A DNA stretch of 64,000 nt, taken from the NCBI GenBank assembly GCA_040954595.2, contig CM082589.2, positions 9,560,894 to 9,624,893 on the forward strand, in the 5' to 3' direction. The notes under the pieces were generated by a model. The model was not told the origin of the DNA. It searched no databases and was given only the letters and a program-made list of their open reading frames with translations. The number at the start of each line of letters is the position of its first letter. Position 1 is the stretch's first letter. Position numbers and translations under genes: made by a program. Origin of the DNA: Balanoglossus misakiensis. Lineage: Eukaryota; Animalia; Hemichordata. Shown here piece by piece: positions 1 to 12,649 of this stretch.

Positions 1-3000
1 AATTCCGTAAATAAACGAGGCTGTTTGGAAGCAACCGTGGAAATTTTAGAACTATCTCTCGATCTACAGAGTATAGTGGAAAACGTTCATATGCGCATAG
101 GCCTATCATGTGTTATGCACATCACAACATAATTTTGTAAACAAACGAGGCTTTGTTTGGAAGCAACAATGAAAATTTTAGAACTATCTGTCGATCTACG
201 GAGTATAGTGGAAAACGTTCATATGCGCATAGGCCTATATATGTGTTCTGCGCATCACAACAGAATTTTGTAAACAATCGAGGATGTGTTTGGAAGCAAT
301 CATGGAAATTTTAGAACTATCCGTCGATCTACAGAGTCTATAGTGGAAAACTTTCTTATGCACATATGCCTATCTATGTGTTCTGCGCCTCAAAACAGAA
401 TTCCGTAAATAAACGAGGCTGTTTGGAAGCAAACATGGAAATTCTAGAACTATCTCTCGATCTACAGAGTCTAGTGGAAAACGTTCATATATGCGCATAG
501 GCCTATCATGTGTTATGCACATCACAACAGAATTTTGTAAACAAACGAGGCTTTGTTTGGAAGCAACAATGGAAATTTTAGAACTATCTGTCGATCTACG
601 GAGTATAGTGGAAAACGTTCATATGCGCATAGGCCTATATATGTGTTCTGCGCATCACAACAGAATTTTGTAAACAATCGAGGCTTTGTTTGGAAGCAAC
701 AATGGAAATTTTAGAACTATCTGTCGATCTACGGAGTATAGTGGAAAACGTTCATATGCGCATAGGCCTATATATGTGTTCTGCGCATCACAACAGAATT
801 TTGTAAACAAACGAGGCTTTGTTTGGAAGCAACAATGGAAATTTTAGAACTATCTCTCGATCTACAGAGTATAGTGGAAAACGTTCTTATGCGCATAGGC
901 CTATCATGTGTTATGCACATCACAACAGAATTTTGTAAACAATCGAGGATGTGTTTGGAAGCAATCATGGAAATTTTAGAACTATCCGTCGATCTACAGA
1001 GTCTAGTGGGAAACTTTCTTATGCGCATAGGCATATGTATGTGTTCAGCGCATCACAACAGAATTTTGTAAATGAACGAGGCTGTGTTTGGAAACAACCA
1101 TGGATATTTTAGAACTATCTCTCGATCTACAGAGTCTAGTGTAAAACTTTATTATGCACATAGGCCTATCTATGTATTATGCGCATCACAACAGAAATCG
1201 CTAAATAAACGAGGCTGTATTTGGAAGCAACCATGTAAATTTTACAACTATCCGTCGATCTACAGAGTCTGGTGGAAAACTTTCTTATGCGCATAGGCCT
1301 ATTACGTGTTCTGCGCCTAACAACAGAATTCGGTAAATAAACGAGGCTGTTTGGAAGCAACCATGGAAATTTTTGAACTATCCGTCGATCTACAGAGTCT
1401 AGTGGAAAAATGTCTTATGCGCATAGGCCTATCGTGTGTTCTGCGCCTCACAACATAATTCCGTAAATAAACGAGGCTGTTTGGAAGCAACCGTGGAAAT
1501 TTTAGAACTATCTCTCGATCTACAGAGTATAGTGGAAAACGTTCATATGCGCATAGGCCTATCATGTGTTATGCACATCACAACATAATTTTGTAAACAA
1601 ACGAGGCTTTGTTTGGAAGCAACCGTGGAAATTTTAGAACTATCTCTCGATCTACAGAGTATAGTGGAAAACGTTCATATGCGCATAGGCCTATCATGTG
1701 TTATGCACATCACAACATAATTTTGTAAACAAACGAGGCTTTGTTTGGAAGCAACATTGGAAATTTTAGAACTATCTGTCGATCTACGGAGTATAGTGGA
1801 AAACGTTCATATGCGCATAGGCCTATATATGTGTTCTGCGCATCACAACAGAATTTTGTAAATGAACGAGGCTGTGTTTGGAAACAACCATGGAAATTTT
1901 AGAACTATCTCTCGATCTACAGAGTATAGTGGAAAACGTTCATATGCGCATAGGCCTATCATGTGTTATGCACATCACAACATAATTTTGTAAACAAACG
2001 AGGCTTTGTTTGGAAGCAACATTGGAAATTTTAGAACTATCTGTCGATCTACGGAGTATAGTGGAAAACGTTCATATGCGCATAGGCCTATATATGTGTT
2101 CTGCGCATCACAACAGAATTTTGTAAACAATCGAGGATGTGTTTGGAAGCAATCATGGAAATTTTAGAACTATCCGTCGATCTACAGAATCTAGTGGGAA
2201 ACTTTCTTATGCGCATAGGCATATGTATGTGTTCAGCGCATCACAACAGAATTTTGTAAATGAACGAGGCTGTGTTTGGAAACAACCATGGAAATTTTAG
2301 AACAATCTCTCGATATAAAGTTGAAAAGTTTCTCATGCGCATAGGCCTATTACGTGTTCTGCGCCTCACAACAGAATTCGGTAAATAAACGAGGCTGTTT
2401 GGAAGCAACAATGGAAATTTTAGAACTATCTGTCGATCTACGGAGTATAGTGGAAAACGTTCATATGCGCATAGGCCTATATATGTGTTCTGCGCATCAC
2501 AACAGAATTTTGTAAACAATCGAGGCTTTGTTTGGAAGCAACAATGGAAACTTTAGAACTATCTGTCGATCTACAGAGTCTATAGTGGAAAACTTTCTTA
2601 TGCACATATGCCTATCTATGTGTTCTGCGCCTCAAAACAGAATTCCGTAAATAAACGAGGCTGTTTGGAAGCAAACATGGAAATTCTAGAACTATCTCTC
2701 GATCTACAGAGTATAGTGGAAAACGTTCATATGCGCATAGGCCTATCATGTGTTATGCACATCACAACAGAATTTTGTAAACAAACGAGGCTTTGTTTGG
2801 AAGCAACAATGGAAATTTTAGAGCTATCTGTCGATCTACGGAGTATAGTGGAAAACGTTCATATGCGCATAGGCCTATATATGTGTTCTGCGCATCACAA
2901 CAGAATTTTGTAAACAAACGAGGATGTGTTTGGAAGCAACAATGGAAATTTTAGAACTATCCGTCGATCTACGGAGTATAGTGGAAAACGTTCATATGCG

Positions 3001-5100
3001 CATAGGCCTATATATGTGTTCTGCGCATCACAACAGAATTTTGTAAACAAACGAGGCTTTGTTTGGAAGCAACAATGGAAATTTTAGAACTATCTCTCGA
3101 TCTACTGAGTATAGTGGAAAACGTTCATATGCGCATAGGCCTATCATGTGTTATGCACATCACAACATAATTTTGTAAACAAACGAGGCTTTGTTTGGAA
3201 GCAACCGTGGAAATTTTAGAACTATCTCTCGATCTACAGAGTATAGTGGAAAACGTTCATATGCGCATAGGCCTATCATGTGTTATGCACATCACAACAT
3301 AATTTTGTAAACAAACGAGGCTTTGTTTGGAAGCAACCGTGGAAATTTTAGAACTATCTCTCGATCTACAGAGTATAGTGGAAAACGTTCATATGCGCAT
3401 ATGCTATCATGTGTTATTCACATCACAACATAATTTTGTAAACAAACGAGGCTTTGTTTGGAAGCAACATTGGAAATTTTAGAACTATCTGTCGATCTAC
3501 GGAGTATAGTGGAAAACGTTCATATGCGCATAGGCCTATATATGTGTTCTGCGCATCACAACAGAATTTTGTAAATGAACGAGGCTGTGTTTGGAAACAA
3601 CCATGGAAATTTTAGAACTATCTCTCGATCTACAGTGTATAGTGGAAAACGTTCATATGCGCATAGGCCTATCATGTGTTATGCACATCACAACATAATT
3701 TTGTAAACAAACGAGGCTTTGTTTGGAAGCAACCGTGGAAATTTTAGAACTATCTCTCGATCTACAGAGTATAGTGGAAAACGTTCATATGCGCATAGGC
3801 CTATATATGTGTTCTGCGCATCACAACATAATTTTGTAAACAATCGAGGATGTGTTTGGAAGCAATCATGGAAATTTTAGAACTATCCGTCGATCTACAG
3901 AGTCTAGTGGGAAACTTTCTTATGCGCATAGGCATATGTATGTGTTCAGCGCATCACAACAGAATTTTGTAAATGAACGAGGCTGTGTTTGGAAACAACC
4001 ATGGAAATTTTAGAACTATCTCTCGATCTACAGAGTCTAGTGGAAAACTTTATTATGCACATTTGCCTATCTATGTATTATGCGCATCACAACAGAAATC
4101 GCTAAATAAACGAGGCTGTATTTGGAAGCAACCATGTAAATTTTACAACTATCCGTCGATCTACAGAGTTTGGTGGAAAACTTTCTTATGCGCATAGGCC
4201 TATTACGTGTTCTGCGCCTAACAACAGAATTCGGTAAATAAACGAGGCTGTTTGGAAGCAACCATGGAAATTTTAGAACTATCTCTCGATCTACAGTGTA
4301 TAGTGGAAAACGTTCATATGCGCATAGGCCTATCATGTGTTATGCACATCACAACATAATTTTGTAAACAAACGAGGCTTTGTTTGGAAGCAACATTGGA
4401 AATTTTAGAACTATCTGTCGATCTACGGAGTATAGTGGAAAACGTTCATATGCGCATAGGCCTATATATGTGTTCTGCGCATCACAACAGAATTTTGTAA
4501 ACAATCGAGGATGTGTTTGGAAGCAATCATGGAAATTTTAGAACTATCCGTCGATCTACAGAGTCTAGTGGGAAACTTTCTTATGCGCATAGGCATATGT
4601 ATGTGTTCAGCGCATCACAAAAGAATTTTGTAAATGAACGAGGCTGTGTTTGGAAACAACCATGGAAATTTTAGAACTATCTCTCGATCTACAGAGTCTA
4701 GTGGAAAACTTTATTATGCACATAGGCCTATCTATGTATTATGCGCATCACAACAGAAATCGGTAAATAAACGAGGCTGTATTTGGAAGCAACCATGTAA
4801 ATTTTACAACTATCCGTCGATCTACAGAGTCTGGTGGAAAACTTTCTTATGCGCATAGGCCTATTACGTGTTCTGCGCCTCACAACAGAAATCGGTAAAC
4901 AAACGAGGCTTTGTTTGGAAGCAACAATGGAAATTTTAGAACTATCTGTCGATCTACGGAGTATAGTGGAAAACGTTCATATGCGCATAGGCCTATATAT
5001 GTGTTCTGCGCATCACAACAGAATTTTGTAAACAATCGAGGATGTGTTTGGAAGCAATCATGGAAATTTTAGAACTATCCGTCGATCTACAGAGTCTAGT
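1..5100. repeat. Satellite domain A (variants GTATAGT / TTCATATG / GGCTTTGTTT / TTATGCACATC / ACATAATTTT), short irregular HORs
   Basis: These diagnostic variants dominate 1-5.1 kb. They return as patches at ~7.2-9.1 kb and ~12.65-14.2 kb and are largely absent from 14.2-36 kb. Boundaries are approximate. Confidence 0.8.
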
Positions 5101-8100
5101 GGGAAACTTTATTATGCGCATAGGCCTATTACGTGCTCTGCGCCTCACAACAGAATTCGGTAAATAAACGAGGCTGTTTGGAAGCAACCATGGAAATTTT
5201 AGAACTATCCGTCGATCTACAGAGTCTAGTGGAAAAATGTCTTATGCGCATAGGCCTATCATGTGTTCTGCGCCTCACAACAGAAATCGGTAAATAAACG
5301 AGGCTGTTTGGAAGCAACCATGGAAATTGTACAACTATCTGTCGATCTACATAGTCTAGTGGAAAACTTTCTTATGCGCATAGGCCTATCTATGTGTTAT
5401 GCGCATCACAACAGAAATCGGTAAATAAACGAGGCTGTATTTGGAAGCAATCATGAAATTGTACAACTATCCGTCGATCTACAGAGTCTAGTGGAAAACG
5501 TTCTTATGCGCATAGGCCTATCTATGTGTTATGCGCATCACAACAGAAATCGGTAAATAAACGAGGCTGTGTTTGGAAGCATCCATGGACATTTTAGAAC
5601 TATCTCTCGATCTACAGAGTCTATAGTGGAAAACTTTCTTATGCACATATGCCTATCTATGTGTTCTGCGCCTCACAACAGAAATCGGTAAATAAACGAG
5701 GCTGTTTAAAAGCAACCATGGAAATTTTACAGCTATCCGTCGATCTACAGAGTCTAGTGGAAACGTTCTTATGCGCATAGGCCTATATATGTGTTCTGCG
5801 TATCACAACAGAATTTTGTAAACAAACGAGGCTGTGTTTGGAAGCAACCATGGACATTTTAGAACTATCTCTCGATCTACAGAGTCTATAGTGGAAAACT
5901 TTCTTATGCACATATGCCTATCTATGTGTTCTGCGCCTCACAACAGAATTCGGTAAATAAACGAGGCTGTTTGGAAGCAACCATGGAAATTTTACAACTA
6001 TCCGTCGATCTACAGAGTCTAGTGGAAAACGTTATTATGCGCATAGGCCTATATATGTGTTCTGCGCATCACAACAGAATTTTGTAAACAAACGAGGCTG
6101 TGTTTGGAAGCAACCATGGAAATTTTAGAACTATCTCTCGATCTACAGAGTCTAGTGGAAAACTTTATTATGCACATATGCCTATCTATGTGTTCTGCGC
6201 ATCACAACAGAAATCGGTAAATAAACGAGGCTGTTTGGAAGCAACCATGGAAATTTTACAACTATCCGTCGATCTACAGAGTCTGGTGGAAAACTTTCTT
6301 ATGCGCATAGGCCTATTACGTGCTCTGCGCCTCACAACAGAATTCGGTAAATAAACGAGGCTGTTTGGAAGCAACCATGGAAATTTTAGAACTATCCGTC
6401 GATCTACAGAGTCTAGTGGAAAACGTTATTATGCGCATAGGCCTATATATGTGTTCTGCGCATCACAACAGAATTTTGTAAACAAACGAGGCTGTGTTTG
6501 GAAGCAATCATGGAAATTTTAGAACTATCTCTCGATCTACAGAGTCTAGTGGAAAACTTTATTATGCACATATGCCTATCTATGTGTTCTGCGCATCACA
6601 ACAGAAATCGGTAAATAAACGAGGCTGTTTGGAAGCAACCATGGAAATTTTACAACTATCCGTCGATCTACAGAGTCTAGTGGAAAAATGTCTTATGCGC
6701 ATAGGCCTATCATGTGTTCTGTGCCTCACAACAGAAATAGGTAAATAAACGAGGCTGTTTGGAAGCAACCATGGAAATTGTACAACTATCCGTCGATCTA
6801 CAGAGTCTAGTGGAAAACGTTCTTATGCGCATAGGCCTATCTATGTGTTATGCGCATCACAACAGAAATCGGTAAATAAACGAGGCTGTATTTGGAAGCA
6901 ACCATGAAATTTTACAACTATCCGTCGATCTACAGAGTCTGGTGGAAAACTTCCTTATGCGCATAGACCTATTACGTGTTCTGCGCCTCACAACAGAATT
7001 CGGTAAATAAACGAGGCTGTTTGGAAGCAACCATGGACATTGTACAACTATCCGTCGATCTACAAAGTCTAGTGGAAAACGTTCTTATGCGCATAGGCCT
7101 ATCTATGTGTTATGCGCATCACAACAGAAATCGCTAAATAAACGAGGCTGTATTTGGAAGCAACCATGAAATTTTACAACTATCTGTCGATCTACGGAGT
7201 ATAGTGGAAAACGTTCATATGCGCATAGGCCTATATATGTGTTCTGCGCATCACAACAGAATTTTGTAAACAATCGAGGATGTGTTTGGAAGCAATCATG
7301 GAAATTTTAGAACTATCCGTCGATCTACAGAGTCTAGTGGGAAACTTTCTTATGCGCATAGGCATATGTATGTGTTCAGCGCATCACAACAGAATTTTGT
7401 AAATGAACGAGGCTGTGTTTGGAAACAACCATGGAAATTTTAGAACTATCTCTCGATCTAAAGTTGAAAAGTTTCTTATGCGCATAGGCCTATTACGTGT
7501 TCTGCGCCTCACAACAGAATTCGGTAAATAAACGAGGCTGTTTGGAAGCAACAATGGAAATTTTAGAACTATCCGTCGATCTACGGAGTATAGTGGAAAA
7601 CGTTCATATGCGCATAGGCCTATATATGTGTTCTGCGCATCACAACAGAATTTTGTAAACAATCGAGGATGTGTTTGGAAGCAATCATGGAAATTTTAGA
7701 ACTATCCGTCGATCTACAGAGTCTAGTGGGAAACTTTCTTATGCGCATAGGCATATGTATGTGTTCAGCGCATCACAACAGAATTTTGTAAATGAACGAG
7801 GCTGTGTTTGGAAACAACCATGGAAATTTTAGAACTATCTCTCGATCTACAGAGTCTAGTGGAAAACTTTATTATGCACATAGGCCTATCTATGTATTAT
7901 GCGCATCACAACAGAAATCGGTAAATAAACGAGGCTGTATTTGGAAGCAACCATGTAAATTTTACAACTATCCGTCGATCTACAGAGTCTGGTGGAAAAC
8001 TTTCTTATGCGCATAGGCCTATTACGTGTTCTGCGCCTCACAACAGAAATCGGTAAATAAACGAGGCTGTTTGGAAGCAACCATGTAAATTTTAGAACTA

Positions 8101-11100
8101 TCCGTCGATCTACAGAGTCTAGTGGAAAAACGTTCATGTGCGCATAGGCCTATCATGTGTTATGCACATCACAACAGAATTTTGTAAACAAACGAGGCTT
8201 TGTTTGGAAGCAACAATGGAAATTTTAGAACTATCTGTCGATCTACGGAGTATAGTGGAAAACGTTCATATGCGCATAGGCCTATATATGTGTTCTGCGC
8301 ATCACAACAGAATTTTGTAAACAATCGAGGATGTGTTTGGAAGCAATCATGGAAATTTTAGAACTATCCGTCGATCTACAGAGTCTAGTGGGAAACTTTC
8401 TTATGCGCATAGGCATATGTATGTGTTCAGCGCATCACAACAGAATTTTATAAATGAACGAGGCTGTGTTTGGAAACAACCATGGAAATTTTACAACTAT
8501 CCGTCGATCTAAGGAGTCTGGTGGAAAACTTTCTTATGCGCATAGGCCTATTACGTGCTCTGCGCCTCACAACAGAATTCGGTAAATAAACGAGGCTGTT
8601 TGGAAGCAACCATGGAAATTTTAGAACTATCCGTCGATCTACAGAGTCTAGTGGAAAAATGTCTTATGCGCATAGGCCTATCATGTGTTCTGCGCCTCAC
8701 AACAGAAATCGGTAAATAAACGAGGCTGTTTGGAAGCAACCATGGACATTGTACAACTATCTTTCGATCTACGGAGTATAGTGGAAAACGTTCATATGCG
8801 CATAGGCCTATATATGTGTTCTGCGCATCACAACAGAATTTTGTAAACAATCGAGGATGTGTTTGGAAGCAATCATGGAAATTTTAGAACTATCCGTCGA
8901 TCTACAGAGTCTAGTGGGAAACTTTCTTATGCGCATAGGCATATGTATGTGTTCAGCGCATCACAACAGAATTTTGTAAATGAACGAGGCTGTGTTTGGA
9001 AACAACCATGGAAATTTTAGAACTATCTCTCGATCTAAAGTTGAAAAGTTTCTTATGCGCATAGGCCTATTACGTGTTCTGCGCCTCACAACAGAATTCG
9101 GTAAATAAACGAGGCTGTTTGGAAGCAACAATGGAAATTTTAGAACTATCCGTCGATCTACAGAGTCTAGTGGAAAAATGTCTTATGCGCATAGGCCTAT
9201 CATGTGTTCTGCGCCTCACAACAGAAATCGGTAAATAAACGAGGCTGTTTGGAAGCAACCATGGAAATTGTACAACTATCCGTCGATCTACATAGTCTAG
9301 TGGAAAACGTTCTTATGCGCATAGGCCTATCTATGTGTTATGCGCATCACAACAGAAATCGGTAAATAAACGAGGCTGTATTTGGAAGCAATCATGAAAT
9401 TTTACAACTATCCGTCGATCTACAGAGTCTGGTGGAAAACTTCCTTATGCGCATAGACCTATTACGTGTTCTGCGCCTCACAACAGAATTCGGTAAATAA
9501 ACGATGCTGTTTGGAAGCAACCATGGAAATTGTACAACTATCCGTCGATCTACAGAGTCTAGTGGAAAACGTTCTTATGCGCATAGGCCTATCTATGTGT
9601 TATGCGCATCACAACAGAAATCGGTAAATAAACGAGGCTGTGTTTGGAAGCAACCATGGACATTTTAGAACTATCTCTCGATCTACAGAGTCTATAGTGG
9701 AAAACTTTCTTATGCACATAGGCCTATCTATGTGTTTTGCGCCTCACAACAGAAATCGGTAAATAAACGAGGCTGTTTAAAAGCAACCATGGAAATTTTA
9801 CAGCTATCCGTCGATCTACAGAGTCTAGTGGAAACGTTCTTATGCGCATAGGCCTATATATGTGTTCTGCGTATCACAACAGAATTTTGTAAACAAACGA
9901 GGCTGTGTTTGGAAGCAACCATGGACATTTTAGAACTATCTCTCGATCTACAGAGTCTATAGTGGAAAACTTTCTTATGCACATATGCCTATCTATGTGT
10001 TCTGCGCCTCACAACAGAATTCGGTAAATAAACGAGGCTGTTTGGAAGCAACCATGGAAATTTTACAACTATCCGTCGATCTACAGAGTCTAGTTGAAAA
10101 CGTTATTATGCGCATAGGCCTATATATGTGTTCTGCGCATCACAACAGAATTTTGTAAACAAACGAGGCTGTTTGGAAGCAACCATGGAAATTTTACAAC
10201 TATCCGTCGATCTACAGAGTCTAGTGGAAAACGTTATTATGCGCATAGGCCTATATATGTGTTCTGCGCTTCACAACAGAATTTTGTAAACAAACGAGGC
10301 TGTGTTTGGAAGCAACCATGGAAATTTTAGAACTATCTCTCGATCTACAGAGTCTAGTGGAAAACTTTATTATGCACATATGCCTATCTATGTGTTCTGC
10401 GCATCACAACAGAAATCGGTAAATAAACGAGGCTGTTTGGAAGCAACCATGGAAATTTTACAACTATCCGTCGATCTACAGAGTCTGGTGGAAAACTTTC
10501 TTATGCGCATAGGCCTATTACGTGCTCTGCGCCTCACAACAGAATTCGGTAAATAAACAAGGCTGTTTGGAAGCAACCATGGAAATTTTAGAACTATCCG
10601 TCGATCTACAGAGTCTAGTGGAAAAATGTCTTATGCGCATAGGCCTATCATGTGTTCTGTGCCTCACAACAGAAATCGGTAAATAAACGAGGCTGTTTGG
10701 AAGCAACCATGGAAATTGTACAACTATCCGTCGATCTACAGAGTCTAGTGGAAAACGTTCTTATGCGCATAGGCCTATCTATGTGTTATGCGCATCACAA
10801 CAGAAATCGGTAAATAAACGAGGCTGTATTTGGAAGCAACCATGAAATTTTACAACTATCCGTCGATCTACAGAGTCTGGTGGAAAACTTCCTTATGCGC
10901 ATAGACCTATTACGTGTTCTGCGCCTCACAACAGAATTCGGTAAATAAACGAGGCTGTTTGGAAGCAACCATGGACATTGTACAACTATCCGTCGATCTA
11001 CAGAGTCTAGTGGAAAACGTTCTTATGCGCATAGGCCTATCTATGTGTTATGCGCATCACAACAGAAATCGGTAAATAAACGAGGCTGTATTTGGAAGCA

Positions 11101-12649
11101 ACCATGAAATTTTACAACTATCCGTCGATCTACAGAGTCTGGTGGAAAACTTCCTTATGCGCATATACCTATTACGTGTTCTGCGCCTCACAACAGAATT
11201 CGGTAAATAAACGAGGCTGTTTGGAAGCAACCATGGACATTGTACAACTATCCGTCGATCTACAAAGTCTAGTGGAAAACGTTCTTATGCGCATAGGCCT
11301 ATCTATGTGTTATGCGCATCACAACAGAAATCGCTAAATAAACGAGGCTGTATTTGGAAGCAACCATGAAATTTTACAACTATCCGTCGATCTACAGAGT
11401 CTAGTGGAAAAATGTCTCATGCGCATAGGCCTATCATGTGTTCTGCGCCTCACAACAGAAATCGGTAAATAAACGAGGCTGTTTGGAAGCAACCATGGAA
11501 ATTTTACAGCTATCCGTCGATCTACATAGTCTAGTGGAAACGTTCTTATGCGCATAGGCCTATATATGTGTTCTGCGCATCACAACAGAATTTTGTAAAC
11601 AAACGAGGCTGTGTTTGGAAGCAACCATGGACATTTTAGAACTATCTCTCGATCTACAGAGTCTATAGTGGAAAACTTTCTTATGCACATATGCCTATCT
11701 ATGTGTTCTGCGCCTCACAACAGAATTCGGTAAATAAACGAGGCTGTTTGGAAATTTTACAACTATCCGTCGATCTACAGAGTCTAGTGGAAAACGTTAT
11801 TATGCGCATAGGCCTATATATGTGTTCTGCGCATCACAACAGAATTTTGTAAACAAACGAGGCTGTGTTTGGAAGCAACCATGGACATTTTAGAACTATC
11901 TCTCGATCTACAGAGTCTATAGTGGAAAACTTTCTTATGCACATATGCCTATCTATGTGTTCTGCGCCTCACAACAGAATTCGGTAAATAAACGAGGCTG
12001 TTTGGAAGCAACCATGGAAATTTTACAACTATCCGTCGATCTACAGAGTCTAGTGGAAAACGTTATTATGCGCATAGGCCTATATATGTGTTCTGCGTAT
12101 CACAACAGAATTTTGTAAACAAACGAGGCTGTGTTTGGAAGCAACCATGGAAATTTTAGAACTATCTCTCGATCTACAGAGTCTAGTGGAAAACTTTATT
12201 ATGCACATATGCCTATCTATGTGTTCTGCGCATCACAACAGAAATCGGTAAATAAACGAGGCTGTTTGGAAGCAACCATGGAAATTTTACAGCTATCCGT
12301 CGATCTACAGAGTCTAGTGGAAACGTTCTTATGCGCATAGGCCTATATATGTGTTCTGCGCATCACAACAGAATTTTGTAAACAAACGAGGCTGTGTTTG
12401 GTAGCAACCATGGACATTTTAGAACTATCTCTCGATCTACAGAGTCTATAGTGGAAAACTTTCTTATGCACATATGCCTATCTATGTGTTCTGCGCCTCA
12501 CAACAGAATTCGGTAAATAAACGAGGCTGTTTGGAAGCAACCATGGAAATTTTACAACTATCCGTCGATCTACAGAGTCTAGTGGAAAACGTTATTATGC
12601 GCATAGGCCTATATATGTGTTCTGCGCATCACAACAGAATTTTGTAAAC

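Noticed and set aside
20-36. CENP-B box (TTGGAAGC / TTGGAAAC resembles the middle of YTTCGTTGGAARCGGGA)
   Set aside because: The essential TTCG and CGGG positions are absent, and only non-essential central bases match.
1-264. Hammerhead-ribozyme satellite (as in newt satellite 2 or schistosome Sm-alpha)
   Set aside because: There is no CTGANGA core with a correctly placed GAAA on either strand of the consensus.
1-264. Tandem 5S rRNA, tRNA, snRNA or spliced-leader gene array
   Set aside because: I found no recognisable 5S or tRNA sequence, Pol III A/B/C boxes or cloverleaf, and no gene-plus-spacer conservation pattern.
338-350. Primate alpha-satellite identity (CTATAGTGGAAAA resembles the pJ-alpha motif; GGCCTAT and GTTTGGAAAC fragments)
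   Set aside because: The monomer is ~131 bp rather than 171 bp, and the short matches are not collinear. This is probably chance similarity, and an HMM search would settle it.
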